Shown one piece after another: positions 51,291 to 64,000 of a DNA stretch of 64,000 nt (within the stretch, counting starts at the first letter, position 1; each line of letters begins with the position of its first letter). A program made the position numbers and the translations under genes. The notes below the pieces were generated by a model. It was not told the origin of the DNA. It did no database searches and saw only the letters and a program-made list of their open reading frames with translations. The stretch is taken from positions 13,702,001-13,766,000 of the forward strand of contig NC_043009.1 of the NCBI RefSeq assembly GCF_006345805.1. Direction: 5' to 3'. Origin of the DNA: Octopus sinensis (taxonomy: Eukaryota).

Positions 51291-52270
51291 TATATATATA
51301 CACTCTGCAATCGAGTACTTCCTGAATAGCACGTATCAGTCTTATCACGTATGCATCCTTACAGCTAACAACTTTATCTGCTCTGTTTGTGCGTTGAGCT
51401 CCGTTTCCCCTGTTCGTCCTACCAAACATGTTTCTCAACTCAACCGCTCTATCTGTATCTCTTTCCCTGTCTCACACGCATTATGTGTGAGTATGTGAGT
51501 ATAAATGCCTATGTCGATGTACTTATAGCCAACATGCACACATATGTATATAAATAGAGGGAGAATGTGAGAGAACCGCATTCTTATATGTGAAAGCATA
51601 TTTACCAATAAAGATAAACATGACTTCTTAAAATTTGTCTCGATATTTGTGTGTGCTGTTTTGTGAGTCTATGTGTGTGTTCGCCTCTGAATGAACGTTG
51701 GGATTTAGGCTGTTAGTCAACGGCGATTCACATATCTTCATACTGTGAATGCATACAAAGTTTAGAAATTCTAGTCGCATTATCAGAATGCTAAATCGAT
51801 CGAATCCACCAATGGAAATAAAACAGCGCTAAAATCCATTGATTTTTTTTTTTTTTTTTTTATGTATGCTTTGCCATCTTTCCAGTCTTCATCTAAGATA
51901 TAGCTGACAGTATCATCCTGCTCTGAATAGTTTAACTGAAAAGTCTTTCATACAGTAATGATATTGCTGAAGGTCATAGAAGCACGTAGAAAGACATATT
52001 CATTGAGTCGATGAGTTAGAAATATTTCAGCTAACACTTCTAGTTTACGATAGACACTCACCGCCATATAAACTTAACAGGATCGGAAACTCTCTTAGTG
52101 ATAATGCCTAATTTCCTTTGCGTTTCTCTGCCCCTCATCCTCTCGCTTTCTCTCTATCTCTCTCTACATCTCTTCTTATACATATCTATTCACGAACGAT
52201 CATCCATCCATCCTTCAATCCATCCATCTGTCCATCCATCCTTACATACATACACACATACACACACGCA

Positions 52271-52309
<39 letters not shown>

Positions 52310-52600
52310 TACACACAATCATAAACTCACAAGCTAACGTTTGTGTCATGCCGAGTTATAATAAAAACAATGTAAGAATTGCTCTATAGAATTGCTAACA
52401 AACTTATTCTAAGTCACACAACACCATCGCGGTCTTTTGCTTTTTTTATTTTTTTCTTAGCATGGAGAGTGGTGACAGTCATTTTGGAATGTGACCTGCA
52501 GGCCTTTACAGTGCTGTACGAAGCCTAGCACACCAAATCCTCGTATCTATTATCACCCTTCTTGTTATAAATGCTTAATATATATTATGTATTATATGTA

Positions 52601-52653
<53 letters not shown>

Positions 52654-52685
52654 ACACAGGCGTGGCCGTGTGGTAAGAAGCTTAC

Positions 52686-53400
52686 GTCCTTCTTTCTTTT
52701 TCGCTTCTTTGTCTTCCATCGAACTGTTTTTTGACTTTGTTTGGACTTTTGCTGGGTTTTTTTCTGAAATTTTTCTTCAAAGCATGGCGAAGAAATTGAA
52801 CACTGCATTGGAGTGGGAAATCATCCCACCCAAGCAATGATGGAAAAACTGAGAGGAAAGAACAGTGGTGTTGAGGACTTATTCTAAGTCACTCAACACC
52901 ATCGTGGTCTTTCCTAAGACAAACATAGAAAAAGAGTTTACAGAACATCTGCCAACAATTAAGTTTATTTCTAGGGGTGTTAAATATGCAACGGTATGGT
53001 TGCTGTTTGACACCCCTGAGGTGGCTCGCAAATTTGCGAGCCAGCCCTTAGAAGGGCAAGAGAATCTGTTTCTTCCCACATATTGTGGGAAGAAATTAAC
53101 AAGAGCTTGGGTCTGTGGGCAGCCACCGAGCATTGAACCGGAATGGATAGAAGATACTATCCGCCGGGGTCTGGAACATTTAATAAAAGTAGATCCCCCT
53201 CTTTCTTTGGAAGAAGATATGAAGGCAGTCGAGGAGGTGGAAACCTCCTCAAAAGAGGGAAAAAAGGTGGGTAACAATGGTTGCCCACCGAAGGACCCCA
53301 AAGCTGCGGGAGGGAGGGAAGATCCTCCGGATAAAGCAGAGGAACTACACCCTCCCATAACACAAAGGGAGAAAAAAAGAAAAAGACGAAGAATGAGACA
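52686..53400 (+). mobile_element. 5' end and ORF1 relic of a Tx1/L1-group LINE (RRM-type ORF1)
   Basis: A pyrimidine-rich leader precedes MAKKLNTALEWEIIPPKQ..ERTVVLRTYSK..KFISRGVKYATVWLLFDTPEVARKF..LFLPTYCGKKLTRAWVCGQPP.IEPEWI, an RRM-like beta/alpha pattern followed by a charged tail. Family assignment is by recognition. Confidence 0.55.
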
Positions 53401-53941
53401 TTGCCGGCGGTTAGTAGTACATAGGGGACATTTCCGACGGTTAGTAGTACGCCATTTTTTGACTACTATTTTCGGAAAGCTTTTTTTGTCCTCTCTCCAC
53501 CTCCCCCTCAAATTTCTTCATTTTTCACTTTTTTCCGTATCTCTAACTCTAAAACCTCAACTCTAACCCTAATCTTAAAACCCCAACCCTAACCCTAACC
53601 CTAAAACCCTAACCCTAACACCCAAACCCTAAAGCTAAAACCAGTAGAAACACACGAACGATGTCATAAATAACAGTGACAAACGAAATATACACCGCCG
53701 ATAGTTGTTGTTGACAAACAACAGCAGTAATTTTATTCAGTTCAATAGACGTCATTGATTGGTTGAAATTACCGAAATACGACAAATTTAATACGAAATA
53801 ACTTTGAAAATAGAAACTTTTCTCAATAACACTAAGAGTAAAACATGTTTTATATGACACATTCTACCAGTGTCCGAAGTTTGAAAGTGTTTAGTTACAA
53901 AAACTTAATTTCTCGATCTGCCATTGAAAGGGAAATGATCC
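53401..53941 (+). mobile_element. DNA-transposon-like repeat containing degenerate (CCCTAA)n
   Basis: Telomere-type hexamers at ~53540-53640 are followed by the core shared with 28651-28925. Confidence 0.7.
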
Positions 53942-55083
53942 AAAATTCCAACAACGGAGATCTCATTAGACTTGATATTATTCTATGGGACCCTGAGTAA
54001 AATGTGTGTATTAACTGCAGCGCTGCGGATGCTAGCCTCGTTCTAAATAGTGGAAAAGAGATCGTGTATAAAGATGCTTATATGTAAATGCTTATATGCA
54101 AACGGACAGATACCTAGACAATGTTCAGCAAGATATCTCTGGGTGTGAGTATATATGTGAGTGTATACACACACACACACACACACACATACACACACAC
54201 ACACACATTGTTAAATTTCCTTCAACGCTTCTTTAACATAGAAAATTACTAAAGCTTCCCTTTATAAAATTAAAATAGTTGATTTAGCCATAAGAGCATT
54301 TGAAAAACAACTGACCTTTATATTTTCCACCAATGGTCAACTATTCAAATGGAACGATCAAGTAACAACTTTCACAAGCCTTTCATAAAGCACTCCAGCA
54401 ACACTCTGACCACCACCCAACCCCACCCTCAATCAGTTATCTTGCTTTTTACCATTGCCTATTTTCTTTCAGCTCTGATTCATAAACAACTCCTTCACTC
54501 TCACACTTGTTAACAAACCCCAACCCCGCCCCCAGGCATACATAAATCTCTTATATATATAGAATTACACAGCACAAGAAATCATGAAGATCAGTTTGAC
54601 AACCGCCACCGACGAAGGCGGGGAAGTTCTCCAGAAAAGTTAACAAGAAATCTTTAAAAAAATCTCCTCACCGACGTTAACAAAGAACTTACTAGATTTA
54701 CTAGCCAAACTGTAAAATTAACTTATATTATATTATTACAAAATTAAATTAATTAGGACTACCAATGAAGTTATTCTGTTCCCTTTATAAAGTTGTATTT
54801 ATTTATTACCCGAAAAGATCCATCTGCATCACCGGATGCCCCTGAACCAGTTGTTGAGTGCCCCACCCAAGAGGAAGCGATGCTAGATGCATCGAAACAA
54901 TTGTCGTGTCCGACGAATACTCGTATATTCCATATATAAATATATATATATAAATTTCTTTTGTTTAAGCGAAAATATCGTTTTTTTCTTTAACATATTA
55001 AAATAATCGGATGTTTTCGTTGGCACAAAAGAAATATATATATAATTATATTACAAACACACTCATATATTTATGAGTGTGTG

Positions 55084-55129
<46 letters not shown>

Positions 55130-55966
55130 AGTGTGTACATATATACGTATCTATGTATGTAAACACACACGTATATATATACGTATATACATTTATACTC
55201 ATATACATGCATGTATGCATACGTATATATCTATAATCTATATACGAAAGAAAAGGGTATCGGGTGTATCTGTGAAGTATATTATCAATGACTGAACAAA
55301 AGAAGTAAGCTATTGACTCACAAAGATATTCATGGAAACGTTAAGATCATTATAATCCCACCTTTTTATGTCGCTACAATCAATCGCAAAGGTTTCAAAA
55401 TATATATAATCAGATATCTTTTATCAAACACATTTTAACAATGGCATATGATATCTGATGTCTTGAAGGTAACAATCAGAAATTTAACTTTACTTTTTCA
55501 GATGTCGAACGTCAAAGAAATAACACAAAAAAGAAGGTTAGTGCTAAAGAGACTCGACTGATATTAATGTTGAATTGACTCATTTAATAACAGTGTTTTA
55601 AAAGACACAATACAATACAATAAGCTATCAAAATTTCTACGATGAAATAAAATGCATGCTATCATTTATGAAGTATTGTAACCTGCAATTGTACGTGTAC
55701 GATCGTGAAGCATATATGCTTAGTTCATTTCATGGGAGATTGATCCTGTCGGATATTATAAAAGGTAATGAAAACTTAAATAATTATATAAACAACATTA
55801 GTTATTATTTATATATAACCGATGTTTTACCTGACTGAAGTTATCAAAGACTTATTATCATATACAGGCACGCGTATATATGTGTATACACAGACACACA
55901 TACATGTGTGTGAGTGTGTGTGTATATATAACTATATATGCATATATGCATATATATATATGTATG

Positions 55967-56053
<87 letters not shown>

Positions 56054-56059
56054 CACACA

Positions 56060-57095
56060 CGAGAGTGGTATGAAAAGTTCGAAGGCTGACTATGAAGGAG
56101 TGACGTTACAGCTGTGAATCTCGCATTAATTTCAACCCTTCTTATCATTAACTGCATTGCTTCTTTCCAGGAAATCTGACATCTGACTGTTTAAAGAAGA
56201 CTTCGAATGTAAATAGTAGTGACTACTTTTGAAAATGGACGTAATTTAGCCTCTTGGCATCTTGATCTTAACAAGTAACTTCGGATTAAAGGGTTTACCC
56301 ACAAACACATTTATGCTGACATCGTTGCTACATTAGGGGATGATGTTTCAGATTTATCAACTGTGCTAAATTGGGCAACTGAATTTAGGAGGGGAAGGGA
56401 GAGCCTTGAAGATGGCCCAAGGACTGGATGTCCTACAACGGCCACCACCGAAGGAAACATTGATTATATTCAGACCGTGGTGATGGACGACAGGCGATTG
56501 ACTATATATCAAATCTCCAAAGCTATTAGCATATCTCATGATAGAGTTCGGAATACTCTGCACAATAAAAATGATATGACGAAGATATCTGCGCAGTGGG
56601 AGCCACGTCGACTGACACCCGATCAAAAACGTACCAAGTTGATCATCTCACGGGTAAGTCTGACATTGTTCAAGCTGGTTTACTTGAACATCTCCTAACC
56701 CAGGATAGATACTGGCTTCATCACTTTGAGCCAGAAATACAGACACAACCAATACAGTGGAAACACCTTGCCTCAGCTACTCTAAAGAAGGTTGTAGTCG
56801 TTTTACCTGCAGGTAAGTTGAATACCTCAGTTGTTAGGGATGTAAAAGGTATGGTGTTTATCGACTATCTTCAACAGGTTCACACCATAACTGGAGAGTA
56901 CTATGTCAAATTTCTGAGGCAGGCAGTTACTAAAGGTTATCAGGATCAAACACCTAGGAAAACTGATGAAAGTCATCTCGTTTCATCAGGATAGTGCTAC
57001 AATACACAAGTACTTTGTTTCAATGGCTGCCGTGCGTGATTGTGATTTTCACTGGAGGATCACTCTTCCTATTCTTCTGATATTGGCCCCATCTT
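56060..57095 (+). mobile_element. mariner-family transposon relic, 3' truncated
   Basis: WATEFRRGRESLEDGPRTGCP, DDRRLT, ISAQWEPRRLT (WVPRLL-like), WLHHFEPE, IDYLQQ.HTITGEYY, FHQDSA, and decayed DHPPYSPDLAP (gatcactcttcctattcttctgatattggcccca). Confidence 0.9.
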
Positions 57096-57370
57096 TATAT
57101 ATATTATATGCGCATGCGTTTGTGTCCCTGTGTAAGTATGTATGTATACAGACACACACACACACACATATGTATATATTGTCGTCCAATGAAAAGAAGA
57201 CGACAAAGAAAATTCTTTAATTTTAAGTTACACATATTTCCGTACCGTCTCTTTTGCAACGCCAGTTTACGCGAATGTTCTGAGTGAAAAATTACGTAAT
57301 ATATGCGGTTCTAGGTATTGGAGAGGCACTTCATCAGACTTGCATATATATTACATATGTATGTGTGTAT

Positions 57371-57577
<207 letters not shown>

Positions 57578-58319
57578 CTGGTGGACTTCTACAAAATTTC
57601 CATTTACCCAGTTTGACTCAGAAAGGTTGACACAAAGCTAATCTAAAAACCACTCATTCTAGGCGGTCCATAGAGGCATCGCATCCAGATATCGTGGTTA
57701 CAACCTGGCCATCAACATTGCCACATGTTAAAACGTAATAAATGTTTGCATATTTAATGTTACATAACTTCGATTAGGATAAAATCCCGCCAGGCGGAGT
57801 GGTTTGGTTTTCTATCCACAAATTCAATTGACATTTCTGTTGTGTAGTTGACCATAATAGTTATCTCAATCAGTTCTAATACTAGCTCTATTATGTTAAG
57901 CATAATTTTAACCACAACCGAGCATTGTACAAGCAATACACACGCATACAAAAAAAGAGGAATTTACTAGTTAAAAGAAAGTCATACTGCAAACTCAGTA
58001 ATGTTGTGTAAATCATTCTATTTTAACAGTCAAACAGGCTACAGAAAGAATATCAACATTGTGTCTAAAACATACTAAAGCCCACCGACCTATACTGAGG
58101 CACAGTGCTTCAAAACAAACGTCCTGACCTGGTAGAAATATAAATTGTAAAATTTAGGAACTGCTAAAAAATGTTTTATTCAAAGAAACAAGAGTCTCAC
58201 CATCTGATGGTAGAGTAAGACAAATGTGTGTGCGTGTATGTGTGTGAAGATATGTGCATTAATTCATATATTATATACTCACATAAAAGTATGTGGAAAT
58301 GAATGCGTGTTACACATGT

Positions 58320-58361
<42 letters not shown>

Positions 58362-59214
58362 GTACGTATATATGTATGTATATGTATTGATTACTCGTTC
58401 AGATGACAGTTTTGATAGATTATATAACATAAATATGACCAGCTGTAATATATTAATCTAACACGATATATTCACGGCATAGTCTTAAGGAATGCACTTG
58501 TTCATAAATTCCTCGAGTTGAGGGTATATATAAACATTTGAAAAGCTTACAGCAGGAAAATCTATGTAACGAAAAACAAATAAACACAGTAATGATATTT
58601 GATAATAAAAATGGTTATTGATTCAAGATTTTAAGATTATTTTATAGTTTTAATATTTATGTTCTGTCGGAAAGTAAGTAATGAATTTCTTTAAAAGTTC
58701 AATAATGTCAAACTTTAGTGGAAATTTCTTTCCTTCTCTGCCTAGAATTAGAAATATAAAGTTTATCATTAAAATGCAACAATCAAACTCCAATGGATGT
58801 TATTTTACTGACATTGCAATATTTCTGATGGAAATGTTTGCAAGAAACCAATAAAATATATCTCAACTCTTTTTTTCCGTTTTTCATCTGACTTATCAAC
58901 AATCGTCACTATCAAAAAATTGGGCACCTAAAACGATTCTTGGAAAAGGAAATGAGTTTCTTCAAGGGAATATCTGAAATCCACTATAGCTGCTTTCTCT
59001 CCTTTTACTTTAAGAGTGAGACTACTTTCCTTCATAGTACCACTTCACTGGAAAGAATGAAAAGGTGACCAACACAGTAGAGTGTGGTAGCTCTGTATCA
59101 TTTTAGTATCGTGTTCAAAATCCTATCGATTATATTCATTTTATATTTCCGAAGTCCACGAACTGAAACCTAAAATAACATTAAACTGACTGAAAGCATT
59201 GAAAAATCTTCGGG

Positions 59215-59635
59215 GTTTCAAATTTTGGCAGAAGGCCAGCAATTTCGGAGGGGTGCGTGAGTCGATTACAACGACTTTAGTACTGACCTTAGTTCCAATA
59301 ATAGCGTTTTTGCGGCAAGTTTTCTTCTGTTTTACTGCTGTGTTCGCATCCAATCAGTCCTCCACTTCCTCTTCTTTTTCTTGGTACATACAGTCTGTCT
59401 GCAACACTTTTTGGGTGGAGTATCCCGTATCTAGTTAGCAACTTCAGTGTCTTTCTGTCTAAGCTGTTTAGTTTGTCTACTGTCCAATAGATTATACCCG
59501 TTCCATATTTTATTGTGATCGAAAGGATGAAAGGCAAAGTCGACCGCGGCGGAATTTGAACTCAGAGCGTAAACACGGACAAAATGCCGCTGAGCATTTT
59601 TCCCAGTGTGCTAACTACTCCACCAGGTCTTCGTT
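59215..59635 (-). mobile_element. SINE family B split by an internal Dong/R4 ORF fragment (59288-59512)
   Basis: SINE 5' part at 59514-59635 and 3' part at 59215-59287. The insert translates YGTGIIYWTVDKLNSLDRKTLKLLTRYGILHPKSVADRLYVPRKRR and is highly similar to 63537-63760. Confidence 0.75.
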
Positions 59636-59654
59636 TTGATATTTGTTTTGCCAT

Positions 59655-59875
59655 ATCAGGTGGCGGACTTTCAAAATCTTTAGCGCACCGGACAAGATAT
59701 TTAGTGGAGTTTCGTCTGTCTTTACATTCTGGATTCAAACTCCTCTGAAATCGACTTTGACTTCGGTTCTCTTAGGGTCGATAAAATAAACAGCAGTTGA
59801 GTGCTGAGGTCGATGTCATTAACAATTCCCTTCCCGCAAACGTTCAGGTTTTATGCCTACTGTATAAAGGATATT
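59655..59875 (+). mobile_element. SINE family B, strongly degraded
   Basis: Colinear decayed match (gtttcgtctgtctttacattctggattcaaactcc...gggtcgataaaataa). Confidence 0.6.
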
Positions 59876-59950
59876 GGTTTTTCCATTCATCCACCTTAAC
59901 AAAGTTTCCTTTACGGTGGTTGACGTAAAAAAATCTTGCCTACGAAATAC

Positions 59951-60187
59951 TTATTTCTTTACTACCCACAAGGGGCTAAACACAGAGAGGACAAACAAGG
60001 ACAGACAAACGGATTAAGTCGATTATATCGACCCCAGTGCGTAACTGGTACTTATTTAATCGACCCCGAAAGGATGAAAGGCAAAGTCGACCTCGGCGGA
60101 ATTTGAACTCAGAATGTAACGGCAGACGAAATACCGCAAAGCATTTCATCCAGCGTGCTAACGAGTCTGCCAGCTCGCCACCTTAAA
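59951..60187 (-). mobile_element. SINE family B, single-unit copy with 14-bp TSD
   Basis: tgcctacgaaatac at 59937-59950 and 60188-60201. Confidence 0.9.
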
Positions 60188-60864
60188 TGCCTACGAAATA
60201 CCTGATTGATGTTCGCTCAGTAACTCTTCAAATCTTCTAAAAGGAACCATCAGCGTCATAATGTGCTAATCGATTCAAAAACATTTGTGATTTGTGTGCA
60301 TATAAGAAATTAGTAATATTATTATTGCGAAAAGCCTTAAAATATCGCTGATGACTTGATCATCTTTGTACTAGAGTCCAGTAGGATTTTTATATTGTTA
60401 TTTACTAAGACGAGCGTAGTTCCATATGAGTAGTAGAAATTGTTTCCGTTCTGCAAATGAAACTCGTTGGTTCAATAATTTGCGATGTTTCCCAAAATAT
60501 TTCTGCTGAGTTTATGTTGGACATCTTTTTGACATTAGGTGTATCACTTCAAACTTATAAGAATTAACGATATTTGTCTTAATATTACCATGTTATCTTC
60601 TGAACCGTTCATGCATGGTTTATTAGTTCATAGGTGAGACAGCTATTTTATTAATATGTGTATAAGGGTAACTATCCACTTGAAGGAAATAGTTCCTCTG
60701 TAAGAGAATATATTTATAGTTTGTTCATTTTGATCGTCATATATGCTGTTCAAATGTATTTTCTGCTGTATTGCGTTTAGATTTTATCTCTTACGTACCT
60801 TATTCATTTTATTGAAAACACTTTACAGTGAAAATAAGGTGTTTCTAATAAAGATTTTGGACAG

Positions 60865-61075
60865 TTTTTATAATGGCAAATACAGCAGAATCGTTAGCAC
60901 GCAAGATAAAATGATTGGTGTCGTTTCATCTGATTTTATATTCAAATTTCACATGTCATCGGGGTCGACTTTGCCTTTCATTCTTTCGGTGTAGATCAAA
61001 TACTGTAGTTGACATAATCCACTATTCCCTCCACACAATATTTCTGACCTTGTACCTATAGTGAAAAATATTATT
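60865..61075 (+). mobile_element. SINE family B, degraded
   Basis: gcagaatcgttagcacgc...ggggtcgactttgcctttcattctttcgg. Confidence 0.6.
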
Positions 61076-61087
61076 ATTATTATTATT

Positions 61088-61815
61088 CAGTAGTTTTATT
61101 TTTATAGCGTGCTTTCACTTCACTACCGAGCGCAGCTCTGTGTGCCTTGGGTATGTGCTGTGATTTTTTGTGATGCTCTGATGGTTATTGTATGGAAAGT
61201 GTTCTGCGTAGGATGTGTGCAGTGCCTAGTAGTGCAATTTTCTGTATGTTATATGTGTTTGTAAGTCCTGGTGTTTTTGTTATGTATTTGTCTGAATATT
61301 TTTTTATCATGCCTAATGCACATACTATGATAGGAATTGTTTCTGTTTTTAGATTCCACATTCTGGTTACCTCTATTTCCAGGTCTTTGTATTTTGAGAG
61401 TTTCTCCATTTCTTTTAGAGACACGTTGTCATCAGCCGGTATTGATACATCAATTAGAAAGCATTTTTTTCTTCATGATCTTTGACAACTATATCTGGTC
61501 TGTTGGCCTTAATTTCTCTATCTGTGTATATCGGCATATCCCAGTGTATGGTTGCTTTCTCGTTTTCTGTGACCTTTTCTGGTGTTTGCCTATACCATCT
61601 TTTTTCTGTTGTTATTCCATAATGTTGGCATAGCTTCCAATGTATGTAGGTTCCAACTCTGTCATGTCTGTGAATATATTCCTTCTTAGCCAGGACTGGG
61701 CAGCTAGAGATAATATGATTTATTGTTTCTTGTCCATCTCCACATATTCTGCAGTTACTTGTTATATTTCTTTTCATTACCTGTTTTTGGTACTTTTTGG
61801 TGGGGAGGCTTTGGG
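61088..61815 (-). mobile_element. R4/Dong LINE 3' end (CCHC knuckle, REL endonuclease and 3' UTR), 5' truncated
   Basis: CRICGDGQETINHIISSCPVLAKKEYIHRHDRV, NRPDIVVKDH, KEMEKLSKYKDLEIEVTRMW, ALLGTAHILRRTLSIQ*. A ~95-nt 3' UTR ends aaaactactg(aat)n, and (AAT)n lies on both sides. Confidence 0.93.
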
Positions 61816-61819
61816 AGGC

Positions 61820-61887
<68 letters not shown>

Positions 61888-61932
61888 ATTATTATTATTA
61901 TCATTATTATTATCATTATTATTTTTATTATT

Positions 61933-62438
61933 GAGTGAGAGAGCAGTCCATGCCATCAAAGTGACACTGGGGTAAAATATACGAAGCCCAATATACCCAT
62001 CATGACTACCCGTCTGATAAAGGTACACCAGGCACATGCATCACATCCATATGTGCGCGACATGGTGATCTCATATCAAGATAAACAGCGCATGACCTTG
62101 CAGGTGGGGCCCAGTTAGAATTTTCTTCAGGTTGAGTAGCCCATCCCGCTCAATAGGTCCCTGAATAAGGGTTGTTTAAGGATGTTGAAAGAACCACCCA
62201 TGTTTCCAGAGGTGAACTATTCAAACCCTAAAGAATCCCTATCAACACATGGCTATGATGCTCCCCCACTACTTCTGCTCGTCATCAGAGATGCACATAT
62301 CGTCAGCCACTAAGGGACATGCTCAACTGGTTAAGGTCAAACAACTGACCAGCAAATCTGTGGTATTGAGCAGAATATTTGCTGTAGCCCATCTTTTATG
62401 CCAAGACAAAACAATGTACATGATAACACTTCCAATCA
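61933..62438 (-). mobile_element. Element D, second copy, ~45 nt shorter at the 5' end
   Basis: Reverse complement of ~16116-16622, flanked by (AAT)n at 61819-61932 and 62439-62625. Confidence 0.85.
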
Positions 62439-62461
62439 TATTATCATCATTATTATTATTA

Positions 62462-62493
<32 letters not shown>

Positions 62494-62563
62494 ATTATTA
62501 TTATTATTATTTATTATTATTATTATTATTATCATTATTATTATCATTATTATTATTATTATG

Positions 62564-62602
<39 letters not shown>

Positions 62603-62636
62603 TATTATTATTATTATTAATATTATCATTGCCTTT

Positions 62637-64000
62637 ACACAGCTTCTAACGCTAGAAATGTACTACGGTGTTAACTGTTCACTACCAATGAACTAAGGTA
62701 ACACCTCTTATTTTTCTGGAGTATTCGAGCGGTTCCAAGCAGTGCTATTTTCTGCAAGTACTCCACCCTTATTGCAGCCCCATTTGTTCCACGTACTTCT
62801 CGAGATTTTTGCTCATTGTTCCCAGGACTCCGACTATTATTGGTACTACTACTGCCTTCTTTTATCGATTGCAACTGCTTAACCTCCCAAGCTAACCTGT
62901 CATATCTCTCGACTTTCCATATGGCATACTTTGTTGTCAGCTGGGCATGCTGTATCTATGATCCAGCATAGTTTGTTTTCTTTCTCAATTAAGACTATGT
63001 CTGGTTTCCTGTTTTCTATCTACTGGTCGCACTGAATCATAAAATCCCACAGGATATCTGCATTATCATTTTTTGATGATGCCTTCAGGTATATGTTTAT
63101 AACACGTTTTTGCTCTGTCAAGTACATACTTGTGGTAAAGTGTCCAATGGACAATCCTTGCTATATTGTCGTGACGTCTATTATATTTATTCTGTGCTAG
63201 TGGCGTACATTGACTGGTAATATGCCATACGGGTTCACTATTTTATCCACAAATTCTGCACCTATCACTTTCTGATGTGTTGTCTATTTTGTATTTGATG
63301 TAATTGGGTCTTGATACTTGCACATGGACAGCACAGATTAGAGCCTCCGTTTCCGGTTTTAAATCACTTTAAGTCATCCATAACCACCTTTTTCTCTCTG
63401 TTTTATCTTCAACATCCCTATGAAATTGTCTATGAATTCTTTTTCTTTATCCACCTATTTTCAGTTTCATTCATTCTCAAATCCTTGTACAGTGCTTGAT
63501 CTTTGCACTCCTCCATCCTACACAAGCCTGACCTTCTTAGTTCCAATAATAGAGGTTTTGCGGCAAGTTTTCTTCTGCTTTAATGCTGTGTTCGCATCCA
63601 ATCAGTCCTCTTCCTCTTCTTTTTCTTGGTACATACTGTCTGTCTGCGTCACTTTTTGGGTGGAGTATCCCGTATCTAGTTAGCAACTTCCTTGACTTTT
63701 TTTCTAAGATGTTTAGTTCGTCTTCTGTCCATGCGTTTACCCCTGCTCCATATCTAAGGAGTGATACCACCCAGATGTTGATAGCTTCAAGCTTATTCCG
63801 TGCGTTTAATTTTGACTTAAGTATCAGTCTCTGTCTGCGCAAGTACTCAACTTTAAATTTTTCTCTCATTTCTTTCTCCATCAATTCATCAATTTCCAAT
63901 ATCCCCAAGTCTCTTCTATCTGTTTCATACATTTGATTTTGTCCATACATTTTATTTTGCCTCTCTTCAAGACTAGCACACCACACATACATTTTCAGTC
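62637..64000 (-). mobile_element. R4/Dong LINE 3' portion, third subfamily
   Basis: EYLRRQRLILKSKLNARNKLEAINIWVVSLLRYGAG..WTEDEL..LEKKSRKLLT, HPKSDADRQYVPRK.RGRGL, IARIVHW, KPDIVLIEKENKLCWIIDTACPADNKV, EYLQKIALLGTARILQK. The 3' UTR ends at (AAT)n. Confidence 0.88.

Noticed and set aside
53540-53640. True telomere or chromosome-healing site
   Set aside because: The hexamers are short, degenerate and embedded in an interspersed repeat with ordinary sequence on both sides.

Overview
This is AT-rich, microsatellite-dense eukaryotic DNA with no intact protein-coding gene that I can support. The repeat families match what I recall of cephalopod (Octopus) genomic DNA; that assignment is recognition, not a database result. 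The window is a mosaic of decayed mobile elements. It holds a 5'-intact CR1-group LINE whose ORF1 has a CCCH zinc finger, Tx1-type LINE pieces, and six R4/Dong (REL-endonuclease) LINE fragments, five of them abutting (AAT)n tracts. It also holds RTE pieces, Tc1 and mariner relics, a Helitron/HINE-like element, three tRNA-derived SINE families (called A, B, C here), and a young ~550-bp non-coding element (D) found only inside (AAT)n. The main signal is a set of sequence-unrelated short non-coding units, each built around a minimal type I hammerhead-ribozyme fold with a mostly palindromic helix III. Two of these carry a compensatory U3-A8 core, and several sit in long near-perfect palindromes or a 459-bp direct-repeat unit. 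I interpret them as Penelope-type terminal repeats or retrozyme-like non-autonomous retroelements. All coordinates were read by eye, so boundaries of decayed elements are approximate.
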